This document shows, in pieces, positions 40,671 to 53,711 of a DNA stretch of 64,000 bases (positions within the stretch are counted from its first letter, which is position 1; each line of letters starts with the position of its first letter). Made by a program: the position numbers and the translations under genes. Source of the DNA: Adineta vaga (Eukaryota; Animalia; Rotifera); contig CP075496.1 in NCBI GenBank assembly GCA_021613535.1, positions 3,906,001 to 3,970,000 of the forward strand. Direction: 5' to 3'. The notes beneath the pieces are model-generated. The model was not told the origin of the DNA and did not search any database. It was given only the letters and a program-made list of their open reading frames with translations.

Positions 40671-43600
40671 TTCAAATTGAACCAAATCAAAAACTATTTG
40701 AACATTTTTCTCTCCTTTATCTGCTTTCTTTGGTTCTAATGTAAATTTTTTCGATCTTCGACTAATATCATTGTATATGAAACAAAAAAAATCCATATCT
40801 TTTTTTTTGTTGTTTGTATCGTGTCTTAGCAGGAATTTTCAATTGTTTGTACATAGTGCAGAACGATGAAATTCATTTATGTAGTATTTTTCTCTTTGCT
40901 TGCTATTTGCTTATTTTCATTCTTCTTTCTTCTTTGTTTGTGAAAAAATTCTTTAAATATTATAAGCATGAGTTATTAAAATATATTTGAAAACAAATTT
41001 CATTGTATACTATGGGATATAGATATATGAAGTTATTTATTTAGTAATCATAATACCACAGTTTGATATATCAATACAAAGTTTATTTTCTCAATGTGGT
41101 GGATACTTGTAGAGCGGTAGACAATAACTATATTATGGTTCATATCATCTAATTGTCTAATGATTGTAAACTATTGAAATAAAAAGTCTAATCTATCGTA
41201 CGATTATTTTAAAGTAATTATTATATTTTGCTTGAATTCGTTCTATGTATCATAAAGTTGAAAATACACATTATTGATATGATGAACGAAATCAATAAAT
41301 TGAAGATTGAGAATAATTTGATGTACAAAAAGAAAAATTTACTGATGCGACCTAACATACATTACCTTATTTGTTTTTATTAGCAACGGAATGTTCTTTA
41401 CTCTTTGTTTCTAAATAGTAAAAACTATTACTTCGTTTTGCTTTTAAAACAAATGTGAAGATTAAATAAATACAGGTAGACACGAAATGATTGGGGAAAA
41501 ATGGTATAGAACTCTTTTCTATCATTGAGAGAAAAACCGTCCTACATTTTTTCCCTATGACTAATAGCGTATCGCACATATTATTTAGCGGATATGCGAG
41601 GAAAAATTCCTTTATCTTTTTCTATTGTAGGAAAATTCCATCTAGATACAATGTGTAATCAAGATGTTCTTCATTTTTCTCCCCAGTATTATTTATCATC
41701 CCATAGCAATAAATACGATGTATCTATTGTTACTAACATTTAATCATGATTAAATAAACTAATTGAAATAAAGGTTGATATATTACTTATTTTTTTCCTT
41801 TTACACAACTAAATTTTCCCATTCATTGTTCACTCTGATAAGGATATTCTATAATTCGAATTAATGAATGATACTACAGAGAAAGTAAAAGTTTATCGAT
41901 CTGTTTTTCAGATATGTTAGTAAACTACTAAATAAAGTAGATTCGTTAAATAATTTTGTATGAGAAAAGTTATTTGATCGACAAATTAAATTGAATATGA
42001 AATAATTAAATGATAAATCTTCTAAAAACTATTTTATTGAGATATCTATGTTGATCTGAATTTAGTAAATCTATCTTCATGTGTCTGATAAGTAAAAACA
42101 GCACGTAGTATATATATCAATTACATCTGCTTTTCATTATGAAAAAATCCTCAATAGAAAAGAAAGATTACCTCGTAGGGAAAAAACCCAATCGGCAAAT
42201 TGAATAGAGCTATAAATGAAACAGAAAAATGTCTCTTTTAGTATTATTTGTATTGACTCGTATTTCGAATAACTGTATTGCGAAATTAATTTTGTAAAGA
42301 TCTTGCTATTGACTGTATCGAATCAAGCTCGTAAGTAAAGATTCTCTTTTTTTATTATATCGCGTTCCATAGATCCTTAGCTAGAGAATAAATACTTTTA
42401 TTTCATCGTTTATTTTATTCTACTTCATTTGATAGAAAGTATTCTGAAATCAAAAAGAATATTTAGAGGTAATAGATTTCGTTTCGAATGATATGCGAAA
42501 ATGTTGCGATGGTAGTGTGTGATTTTTACATGAGTTCGAAAAATTCTTTATTCTAATAGCGCAGATATTGTTATTTATGGCGCCTGAATTTCTTTTTTTA
42601 TCCAATCATATCTATGCAATTGTTTAAAGTGAGAAGGTTACCTATAAGGTGGAATATTTCGTGATTATTTCGATCATACTTCTATAATTCATACTGACTG
42701 AATGACAACATTTTAAATATTGCAATAGTTGTTAGCTTTCCATGCTTTTCGACTTTTGTGTATTGACGTTTAATAAAAAAATATTGACTAATAAACTACC
42801 AAGGAAGTAAAACTGAAATGGGAAGTGGGAAGCAATATAAAGGCTATGACTTATTTTCTTATTCACATAGATTTCATATGTACTCCAAAAGTATAGGATT
42901 CTATGAAGTATTTCATTTTTGAAATCGAAGTCGACAGGATTGAATTACTATTTAAGTATTTGATATAGTATGTAGAAATCCTTTCCAAAATAAGAGTGAG
43001 TAATATTGTTGTAAGTCATAGTTATGTAACAAATGGAGTTACAATTAATATCTTAGAGAGCAATCGTGATAAAATCACACGTAGGAAGACAATCATCATG
43101 AATCAATAAATTGATTGCGGAAGGATATGATTCGTAAGTTATTTCCTTCAACGATCACTTTCGACGTATATAAATGAAATTGAATAGTAACGATATGTCA
43201 TTAGATAAATTATTTCAATAGTTCGTTAAAAGTATCTTGCAAACGCAAGTAACAGTGCTAATACAGATATCGTGAGTATTTATACACTACTTTAATCTCT
43301 TTCTCTTTATCGTTCTTATCTTCATCTGTATTCTTTTCACACCTTACCGTTATCACGTATTATTCCTCCTTTCATGTTAAGATTATGCATCATATTCCAA
43401 ATGATAGATATTTAAGTTTCCTATTGAGGTTGAATGTTTCATTATTAATCCATTTCCATAGAATAATTAAAGTAGGCAGAAAAAAGACCATGTTAGCCAT
43501 TGCCAGTTCTTTCTTATTTGACATTCGTCTCCATAAAATATCAAATGTGATGTTGAGCTTGCGAAATTTGAATTGATATGTTCTATAGCTGATAAGTTAT

Positions 43601-44146
43601 TGCATTATCAAGTAACATAACTTTCTGAAATTTTCTTCATTATTAGTAATTTGATAAGATTTAGCCACGTAATGCATGATTTTACCTTATCCAAGAATAT
43701 TCGCCGACAAATTTCTTTCAAATGAAAACAAACAAATTGCTTTTTTTCTTTTCTATATGCACTATATGCATGATTTACTATACACGTGTCTTTCTTATTT
43801 TATCTGACGTATTGTCCGTAAAACTGCTGTGAAAATCAATATTTTGCAGAACAAACAGTGAAAGATATCAAAATAAATCAAAAACTTAAGATTTTTATTC
43901 CACATTCACAGTTCAATAGAATACTATAAAGCGAAAGGATGAAATAAATAGTAACCTTTTCAATCCCGCATGATACCTCGTAGATACAACACAGAACTCA
44001 AAAGATTTTATTTTGTTCTTTCGTCGTCTTAGAAGACAAATATCATATGATGTTCTACTGAATCAATACATGTGACTATTCCTATTACAGCAATTTCTTG
44101 TTTTTCTTGTTTTTTTCATTCTTATTTTTACCTGTGAAAGGAAAAA

Positions 44147-44225
44147 TGACGTCACTATTTGGGTATTTTCCATGATAGAAGAGATTAGTTTTTACTATAA
44201 AATGTGTATTTGAAATACTATAAAA
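44147..44225 (+). promoter_or_regulatory. Proximal promoter of IAP: CRE, kappaB-like site and TATA boxes
   Basis: TGACGTCA at 44147-44154, GGGTATTTTCC at 44161-44171, TATAAAA at 44196 and 44219; ATG at 44269. Confidence 0.5.
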
Positions 44226-44268
44226 CATCATTTAGATTCAACAGTGTTTTATTAAAATAATATTTGGT

Positions 44269-46347
44269 ATGGCATCGAAGATGATTTCTACGACAAACAA
44301 CTCATTAAAAAGAACTTTACCAAATGAATTCACGTCAAGACCATCATCGGATTCTATATCAGAATTACGACGATTAGCAACATTTCAATCTTGGAAAGAA
44401 AATCGAAATCCAACGGTTTCAAAAAGTAAACTGGCAAAAACAGGATTTACATATGATGAAAATGTACATAAAATAAAATGTGCGATATGTGACTTTGAAT
44501 TCGACTTACATCAGATGGATATTGATCCAATGGAAGAACATCTTGAACAAAGTCCAGAGTGTAAATTTGCTTTACTTCGTAATGAATTTTTTAACAAAAC
44601 AGGTGTGTTATCTTCTTTTACGAATAAAATAAAAGGTTGACTATTTATTTTTCACAAAAAATTTATTTAGATCAACAATTGTCACACTTAACAGCATCAC
44701 CAACTTCTCAAAATGACAAACATAATTCGAACCATTATGAACATATCGACATGGAAACAGATAATCATCTCGATGATCTATCTTCTCCAAAGTCGTTTCT
44801 TCGTACATTATCTAATATTATCATTCTTCAATTGCGAAGTAATACATTCTCTAATTGGCCATTAATCACACCTTCTGCAAAAGACATGATTGATGCAGGA
44901 TGGTCTTATACTAACATTGGTGATCGAGTTATTTGTCTGGATTGTAACGCATTATTTCATAGATGGGAAAACACGGATATGCCATATGAAATTCATCGAC
45001 TAAAATCTCCTCGATGTCTATTTGTACTATCGTATGAGAAAAGAACAATAAATACATCTCCAGCGACAATAACTATAACTACTGCACCGAAAACACAAGT
45101 AGTTGTTGGAGCTGCAAATACGACGTATAAACTAGCATGTCATCGACATGAATCATTCAAAAACTGGCCACATACTGAAGAAAATCCATTACCTTCAATC
45201 GAATCATTCGTTGATGCTGGATTTTTCTATACAGGTTTGAAATTCCCCACGATCTAAAATATTCCTAATCAGCTTTATTGTTTTTTCTAGGCGAAGGAAC
45301 GATTGTAAAATGTTTTTATTGTAATAATGCACTACGTAATTGGCAAGGTAGTGATGATCCAAAAATTGAGCATGCTCGTTGGTATCCCGAATGTGCGTAT
45401 ATTCGACAGTATATGGGAGAGGACTTATATCAAGCTATACAAAGAAAGAATCAGCAGCTGAAAAGTATGTTAAAGCGAAAAGAGGAAGGAAAAGAAAGAC
45501 TTACTTTGTTCTTTTTCTTTTAAAAATAGCTCAACAAAATAATGTGACTAATCAAAAATCACAAATAAATTTATGGACAAATGATGAAATCGATCGAATG
45601 GTAAAAGCTCGTCTTGATTTGCCAATCATTGAAAAACTTCGACAAACTGGTTTTACTATGCCAATTATTCGGTTAGTTTATATCTTAAAGATCATTTAAT
45701 CCATCTTAAGTATTATTCTCGTTTTTAGAAAATCATTTGAGATGCAATTGAAGTTCAAAAGTAAGTCATTTGATAATGAAAATCATTTTCTTTCATATGT
45801 AATATTTTTGTTTCATTTGTAGAAGATGATTTTAAAACAGACAATGATTTACGATATGGTTGTCTAATACTTCATCAACAAGTGAAATTAATCAATGGAA
45901 ATGATAGTATTATATTGGTTCCACAAAATTGGATAAAAACATATTCCGATGATCAACAACAACAAAAAAAAGCACCAGTAACAAAAACTCCTCAATTACC
46001 AGTTAAAACCAGTATGTATTCTATCTCTTTTCTTGAAAATCTTATAATTCTACGTATTTTGTTATAGATAGTGAATCTCAAAAAGTTAGTGCACCTGTTA
46101 TTTCACGACCCAAACTAACACAAAAGCCAAGTATGATTTATTTAGAAGATAATCTTTAGATGCATCTTTTCGTTTTATTGTTTTAGATGACGAAACAATA
46201 CTATGTGTACTATGTCTTGAAGCAGAACGTCAAATAGCGTGTCTTCCATGCGGTCATTTGACTAGCTGCGTTGCTTGTGGACATGGTTTACGAGTGTGTC
46301 CTATTTGTCGAGCACCAGTGAAAGCTTTTGTTCGAATATATATGTAA
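44269..46347 (+). CDS. Inhibitor of apoptosis protein (3 BIR, UBA-like, RING)
   Basis: Three BIR domains with the CxxC..H..C pattern (RLATFQSW, RSNTFSNWP, RHESFKNWP); C-terminal RING CVLC...PCGH...CPICR...VRIYM*. Confidence 0.95.
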
Positions 46348-48074
46348 TTTAACAATGAATTGGATTTAGTAACTTGGAATTCTATTATCACTTACTCCTG
46401 AGATACAAAACCGTTTATATGAAATTTTATTTTTACAGTGTAAAATGAGTGAGAAATTAGAAAATCGAATTTGATGCAGACTAAATTATATCATTCCTGG
46501 TCAATTGCCTTAGTGTATTGTATATTCGACAAGACTACAGTATTGTTTATAAATGAATTGAACAAGTGATGAATGTCAAGTTTGTATAAATACCGACGAT
46601 GGTTAATTCTTGTTAATGCTATTGTGAATAAAGCTTTTTCAATGATCAATATGCATTTATTATTCGAAGAGCTGTTAAAATTCAAAATGGAAAAGTATTG
46701 AACTTAATAACTAAAAACGCTTAAATATTTGATTTCATTTCTACGATTTGCTCAAAATTTTAGTGTTATTATGTATTGTTTTGAAAAGTTAGCAGTTTTA
46801 GAATTGCATAAGAAGAGTGGTATTAATCAAGAGAACGTTTAAAATCTATTCTGTAATTAAAACTCAACTGAGAGTTAGACAACTTAAAAATTCTTCTGAA
46901 TTCTTATTTTGTAGAACTTAACATATCGATTGTTCTCGTAATGGTAGATTATTAAAGTTAGACATCTTATGAATGTATAAATTTTCTCTAATAATTCATT
47001 TTTCTTTGTACACTTTTGAACATATTGTATGAGCATGACATTTTCCTACTAATTATTTGTAGCTATTTACGTCGTAATATTAAACCCAAGTATATTTATT
47101 TGTAAACATACATTTTTTCTTATATAATCATATTATCTTTATTTTCATAATCTGAAACAAGTTGATGTAAACATTCATTTCATTCTATTTCTAATTTATC
47201 TGCTATCAATTTCGATTTTTCAATTTTACTCATCACATCTACAGAACACTGTCTATTATAATCTGGAAGGTTTTTTTCATAATTAATCTGGATGAACGAA
47301 TAAAGTTGTTGGAAAATAACATATCTTTTGTGCATTGTACGTCACTAGAGCATCAAATGTCATGTTCTTATGGAAATTCTAGTAGATGGAATAATATGAA
47401 TTGAAAGTAGACTTTGTTCTGCAGTTATTCTTTCCCGAATTCCAAGAAAAGTAGTTCACAGTTACTCACTCAGGTTTATTACGCATTAAAACAATATGTT
47501 TTTTTTCAACTGTCATTGTGATTTTATCCTTTTCTTTACTATTGACAGAATGAGTTATAAGCAAATAAATAAAGATATGGATGCAATTTTAAGAAGTAGA
47601 AGAGAAGCTCGCTCGTTGTATTGGATTTATACCTCGAATTGATCATGACGTCAATTATTCCCAAAATTATTCAGATTTATTTTAATTTTAGAAAAAGACT
47701 ACAAGTTTTCTCAAGAAATCTGTATATAAATTGAAAAATCACATGTTCGAATGAATTCTACAGGAAATGTAAAGCAAGAGATTCTTAATGTTGCATTCAA
47801 TAACATATAGATCTTTTCTTGAAACACAATGCATTGTATTATTCACTGATAAATAAAAGAAATTCAATTGAATAGATATTCATTCAGATCATCTTTATTA
47901 GATTTTAAATGTTACAATTAAAACAACAAATGAAAAAAGAAATTCTCTCTATCAAATCATGTATAAAATGAATAACAATTTCATCGATTAAATGATACAA
48001 ATGATCTGTAATATCTTTTTTGTCTTCGATATTTCTATTTACTAAATTAAATCATATGTAATACGTTGTTTATC

Positions 48075-48160
48075 AGCGAACATTATAGTATTCATAACCA
48101 CGTGCCTTAATAGTTCATTATATCTAATCAAGGGCATGTGATGAATACGTTCATGTTGCT
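48075..48160 (-). ncRNA. mir-124: pre-miR-124 family hairpin; predicted 3p mature UAAGGCACGUGGUUAUGAAUAC at 48088-48109
   Basis: miR-124 5' end UAAGGCACG lies on the 3' arm of a long stem-loop. The 5' arm CGUAUUCAUCACAUGCCCUUGAU resembles miR-124-5p. A basal stem and a downstream CAAC (CNNC) are present. Confidence 0.8.
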
Positions 48161-50327
48161 TTATGTTAACAAATAGATAAAGAAAAGTTCGAAAAAAGAA
48201 AACTTACTTAACTTCTATTCGTACGAATAACCGAATCTTGTTGCTTTTAGTCCATTCAAGTATGAAACTTTTAGTAATGCTGACTACTAATCATACATCA
48301 AATTGATTTGTGACGACGACAACGAACAAAATCGAGTTTGTTACATATGGTCCTATGTCTTTTTTCTCTTTCCGGATATCCATAATTTTTCTTCTTCTTC
48401 TTCTTTTTTCAATCAATCGTTCAAAATGAGATTAACGATCGTTGTCGTCTGTTCACTAGTGACTTCATGTTCCTTCTATCTATCTCTCTCTCTCTTAAAG
48501 CAAAGATGAGCTCAACACACTTCATTTACTTCACTTACACGACAAACTCTTCATCATCACCATCTACATAAATATATATATATACTACCGCCGATCCAAT
48601 CCATATTGATTCATGTACGTATATATAGTTTCAAGAGAGAGGACGAGAGAGGCAGAGAGAAAAAAATCGGGAGATTACAATTTAGCTAAAGAGATTTTTT
48701 TTCAGTAACAAGAATAAAAAAAGGCGATCGTGTGTGTTCGCTTTTCTCTTATTCTTAATTGACAAAATGTACAAACATAATAAACACGCACATATATGCG
48801 CAACTAACGATGCTAAGCTTCTTAATCACCAATGTACACACATACATGTATCGACACTACTAGTCATTAGAGTCCAAAATCAATAAGAAGGTACCGAATA
48901 TAAGCATTTCATTCTCATTATATGTTCAGGAAACGCCTTTTTCTATTTTTAAAACAAACAATATAATGATTGATTAAAAAAAAAAGAATGAAGAAGAAAA
49001 TCTTTTTTGATTAATTAATATCTCGAATAAGTCGACCTGTAAATGTGTAATAGAAAAAAAAGGATGGAAAACGAACCCTGATAATAATAAAAAAGTTCCT
49101 TTTGAAATACATACTGGTCATGAAAGTATCTGATGATCTTATCTATGAGCATAACTAGTCTCACCGACTGAATATTTCATTTTTCAATATTGTATTCAAC
49201 TTGATCACAACTATCCATTTGCATGCATGATTTTCTCTTAAATCTATAATCAACCAATAGAATTGCGACATTAATAATTGTGGCGATATTATCAGCTTTG
49301 ACGAATGTTTATTTATTGCAAAAAATCAATAATATAATTCTTGCAGATTGTGCCAATTTTAGATACTGGTTATTATAGATGAATGAATGAGACATTATGT
49401 ATCAATCAAGTGATGTGTGTATTTGATGTTCACAGGATAACAGAATTCCTTTTTGTTCGTAAAGCACATTAAACATATCGAAAATTTTCACTTTTCTCGT
49501 CTATATATATATATATATTAGAAAATATATGGTGCTTTTCTTTCAAATTGGTCGTCAATTATCAATGTTCATTCTTTTCCTTCCATTTCTTTCTATTGTG
49601 ATACAATTACAGACGAACAAAATAATACGATCTACAATGTACAAGCAGATACAAAAATTGGACTTTTCTAAAACAAATTCATCAGTCTACGATACCGTAT
49701 TTAGATAAAGGAAACAGATTTTTGTCGAATGACTGGTTTATGTGCTTATTTATCTCTTTTAAATTTGAAGTTCTAAATGTGTAGTATAAACGGAACGTTC
49801 ATCGACATAATATAACTAATGACTTAAAATAAATTGACGATAATTGATTTGCATACAAAACGAAGGTTTTTGGTTGCGCAAATAGGTTCAATAGATAGAG
49901 AGTACTCAAATCATTATAATAACCTCTAAAAAAATGAAAAATGAAAATGTGAAATTGTTGGGTCAGAAAACAGAAGGGTGATGCTCTTAAATGGTTGCTA
50001 GAAACAAACTAAAGAATTCTAAAAGTTAACTATTACATTTTTTAAACATTCGTCACCATTTATAAAAAACATTTTGAGCCTTCCCTAAATCGAATTTGTT
50101 CCACCGTCTATGTTTTCATCAAAACTATAGGAAATAACGGTAGTTCCTGCTGAAAATCAGTAAAATCCTTGACAAATCATGCCCATCTTCGAATTCGACC
50201 GAGATATTCATGGAATAATGCTGTGTAGAAAATTTCATGACAATCGGACTATTCTTTCATTTACGCTTCACTAATCTGTTTTATTAAGAATGATTAAAAA
50301 TCATAGATTTATTTTGGAAAAATATTT

Positions 50328-50916
50328 TTAATAGCTTTTTTCAACTTCAGTGAGTGCCGTGTGAGAACCTTGTGGAAAAAGAATTGAAAGTCGTTTTCGA
50401 CGAATTCGCTGTTCTTCTTCATACACCTCATGCAATTGTTTCATTTGTTCCTCGCTAGCACCAAGTACTTTGCCAAGAGCATAGATAGCTTCGATTTCTT
50501 TTGGATGAAGTTCACCATCTGAGCCAGCTGCTCGAAATGCGTCATAAATCATGCTCAATTGGCCATATTTTGCGTGAGCATGGCCATTTTCAAGTGTGAA
50601 AATTTTCAATACATCACTCATGCCTTTTGGTTGATAATTTTGAAGTTGATCGATGTCCTTCTGTGAAACTCCTAACATATAAATATGTTAATCGGTAAAA
50701 GTAAGATAAGAGATACTTACCCGTAGCATTAGCATAACCTGTAATCCAGCGTCGTTCTACATCACTGAGGATTCCATCAGCACTAGCCACTTCTATCATA
50801 GCTGATATGTAATTTAACATCACATTATCTTTAGTTATTATATTGTCAAGATCATAGTTATCTTTGAATACCCAATGTGCTGTAGTCACGACACGGTCAG
50901 TAGAGTTGTTCGCCAT
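50328..50916 (-). CDS. TerB-like (tellurite resistance / DjlA N-terminal fold) protein, 179 aa, probable HGT
   Basis: Two exons with a 49-nt GT-AG intron at 50672-50720; duplicated motifs ASADGILSDVER and AGSDGELHPKE. Confidence 0.75.
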
Positions 50917-51655
50917 TTGATTCTATATACGATCGAATATACAAGCTAATTGTCGTGTTATCGAAACCGAATATTTCGAATGAATGCGAACATGATAACG
51001 GTCAGTTTTTTCTCTTTTATTTTTTTTATCTATGGCGATTAACCAAGCGTATCTCTCTGATTGTATCTAACAAAAGATGTAGAAAGAAAGAGAAAAAATA
51101 CTGGATAATATCTATAATCCAGACATACTCAAATCGTTCTAAATATTTACCTCTTGTATTTACATTTTTCTTCAAACACCTGATTTGATGCACAAAAGTA
51201 CGAATAGGTACGAAAAAATATTTGCTTTGTTAAAGGTAAATTTTGTTGCTAGTATGTTCGTCAATGAGTGATCACATGGTTAGCTCATTTATTGTAAAGC
51301 TACAGTGCAAAATATTAACAGTCCCTTTATTCGATTCCCCTCTATACTTTCATCAACACGAACAAGACAAAAGAAAAAGGGAAAACATACGATGCGTACC
51401 AAAAACATAGCAACAAAATCACGAATAAGAAAATATCCATAATATGAATAACGCAATTTTATTTAAAAAAATAAGAAGTTGTCCGCTACAGCTTAAGTAC
51501 AATAAATTAAAAAATATTGAATTTTCTTCAATAAAAGATAATTTCAGTGCTCTTTGATCATATTTTTGACCTTTTTTTGCTATATATTAAATGTTTATCA
51601 TACATCAGTATTATATCTAGTGATGCAAGATGCTGTTATTTTTGATGATTCTAAT

Positions 51656-52140
51656 GGGTGCACCATTAAGAATGATGGGCTCCCTATTTCCTGAATATCT
51701 CCGCGAGTTCTAATTCATTTGATCTGAATTTTTGTTTTGAACGAATCACCATTCAATTCTCTACAAAAGTGAGTATTCTCTGTTGCGTTTGATTAGATCG
51801 GTTTCATTCGTGAAAATGAAAAATGAAGATTTGCAAACGCTCGTGTTTTCTAAGTACTAAAATCGTGATAAATCGACCGAGAACGATTCGAACGAAGGCA
51901 GCCATTCGAAAGGTCAAACATCGATTGGAAAAGCGAAAGTTGGTGTCCTCTCGAAAATTAGTACGTGAAGTGACTATTTCTCAAGATGTTGTTGAAGAAA
52001 GTTGTGCGTCTGGAACTAATCGATTGTCTCAAGACAAGGGAAATTATTCAAGATAATAAAAATACTCATTTCTGTGAAAAACTGAACAGTGATTCTTTCA
52101 AAAAGAATTCAAGTCGAATGAATAAGAAGTGGCAGAGTTC
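51656..52140 (+). mobile_element. Internally deleted, non-autonomous Tc1/mariner-superfamily DNA transposon relic
   Basis: Imperfect ~80-bp inverted repeats (51699-51777 vs 52061-52137) flank transposase fragments MKNEDLQTLVFSKY*, RPRTIRTKAAIRKVKHRLEKRKLVSSRKL and ESCASGTNRLSQDKGNYSR*. No DDD/E core remains. Confidence 0.8.
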
Positions 52141-53711
52141 ATAGATATTATTTGATTGCTATATTTTATATTGTGACATATTATGAATATTTGTTGGTGT
52201 TAGAATATCTAGTTTTTGATATAACTACTGTTTTAATTCTCTTATTGGTTAATATATGATCGTTTTTCTTTAATTAGTAATGGAATATTTTTGTGGAATG
52301 GTTGATGCATTTTGTTCATTTGAAATTGATTAGACGATTCATCATCTGTTATTTCATTGTTTAAAGTAATTATTTTATATAAAGATTCTTGTTCATTTGA
52401 TGCATGTTTTTTGGTTTTGATTACTATATCATTATGAAAACTATGGATAGTGTCCTGTTGATGAAACTTATTTAAAATTGTTAAAGTATTCTTGACATCC
52501 GTTTTCGAATCAGTTAGATTAGAATACATCAGACGATGAAACAACTTATGGATATTTGAGCTTTGACAAAATCATCAGTTTTGAGATAGAATGTATTCTA
52601 TTAGAGAATTGTTCTATTTAAGTCGATAAACAATTTTAAGCGTAAACAAGATTTCGCTAAACGTAGATCACAGAAAGAATAAATCGTTTTTTTCTGACAC
52701 ATACAACTTTCAATTGTCCAACAATTGATTATTATCATTGAAATACGTATTTGAAGTTCATCAGATCATAATTCTTTTTCTTTCATTCTTATAGAACACA
52801 TAGAGAATGATTTGTAACAAATAAATGTATTGTTTTCCTATGTAATCAGACAGATTACATCTTCTTGCTCTTGAATTCTTTAAAAGAAAAGTAGTAATTT
52901 ATACTCTCAGATATTTTTGCTTATCTTCTTGCATTCAACTGTTGTTACATCATTGTTCTGTTAGATAGTTGCAAACAAATAAATATTTAATGAAACGAAT
53001 GAAAAGAATGTTGATCACAACTAATATTAGTCATAAATAAAGACTTTCAATGAAATTTCTTTTATTGGAGAATGAAAATTGTTTTTTATCTATCAAAAAG
53101 ATAAGAAACACGAGAACAATTTTACCATGAATTGATTTCATATGATCTGACCTCGTTGACGATTACGTTATTTCTATAAATCTGAAGATTTTTTTATTTA
53201 TTAGTCAACTTAAAAGATAACAGAGATTTAATCGACATATACTTCCTTAAATATTTAAATACTAACTAATATCTATAAAAAAACAGTTTGATTGCCATTT
53301 CATTTTATTAATTTTATTGTTATTCTTGAGAAATGCTTATCAATTTGATAGTTGAAATAATCATCAAAAAGGTTTGACCTTCGTTATGGTGGAGAGATGA
53401 TCTTTATTAGAGTTCTTTTCTTCTTCATTGTTTGTCTGTTAGTATTTGTATGAAGAAATGATCTTGACGAGGAGATGCATAATGAAAAAACGGTTCTATC
53501 TTTTGTAAATGTTGAAAATAGAAATGAATGAAAAGAAAAATACAGAAAGAAAGAGAGCACAACGAGACAAACAAATATAAAGGTACTCTTTAAATCGTTA
53601 TTCGAAGAGTAAAAGATATTAAACGTTTTTGATTACCATTCATAAATCTTTCTGTGTGCATTGGATGATAAAATTCAACAACAGTAAAAGAAACGAAGAC
53701 CTTTTGTAACT

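Noticed and set aside
52242-52544. 100-aa minus-strand ORF
   Set aside because: No recognisable motif, and I could not join it to other exons in a consistent frame. It may be a relic but is unsupported.
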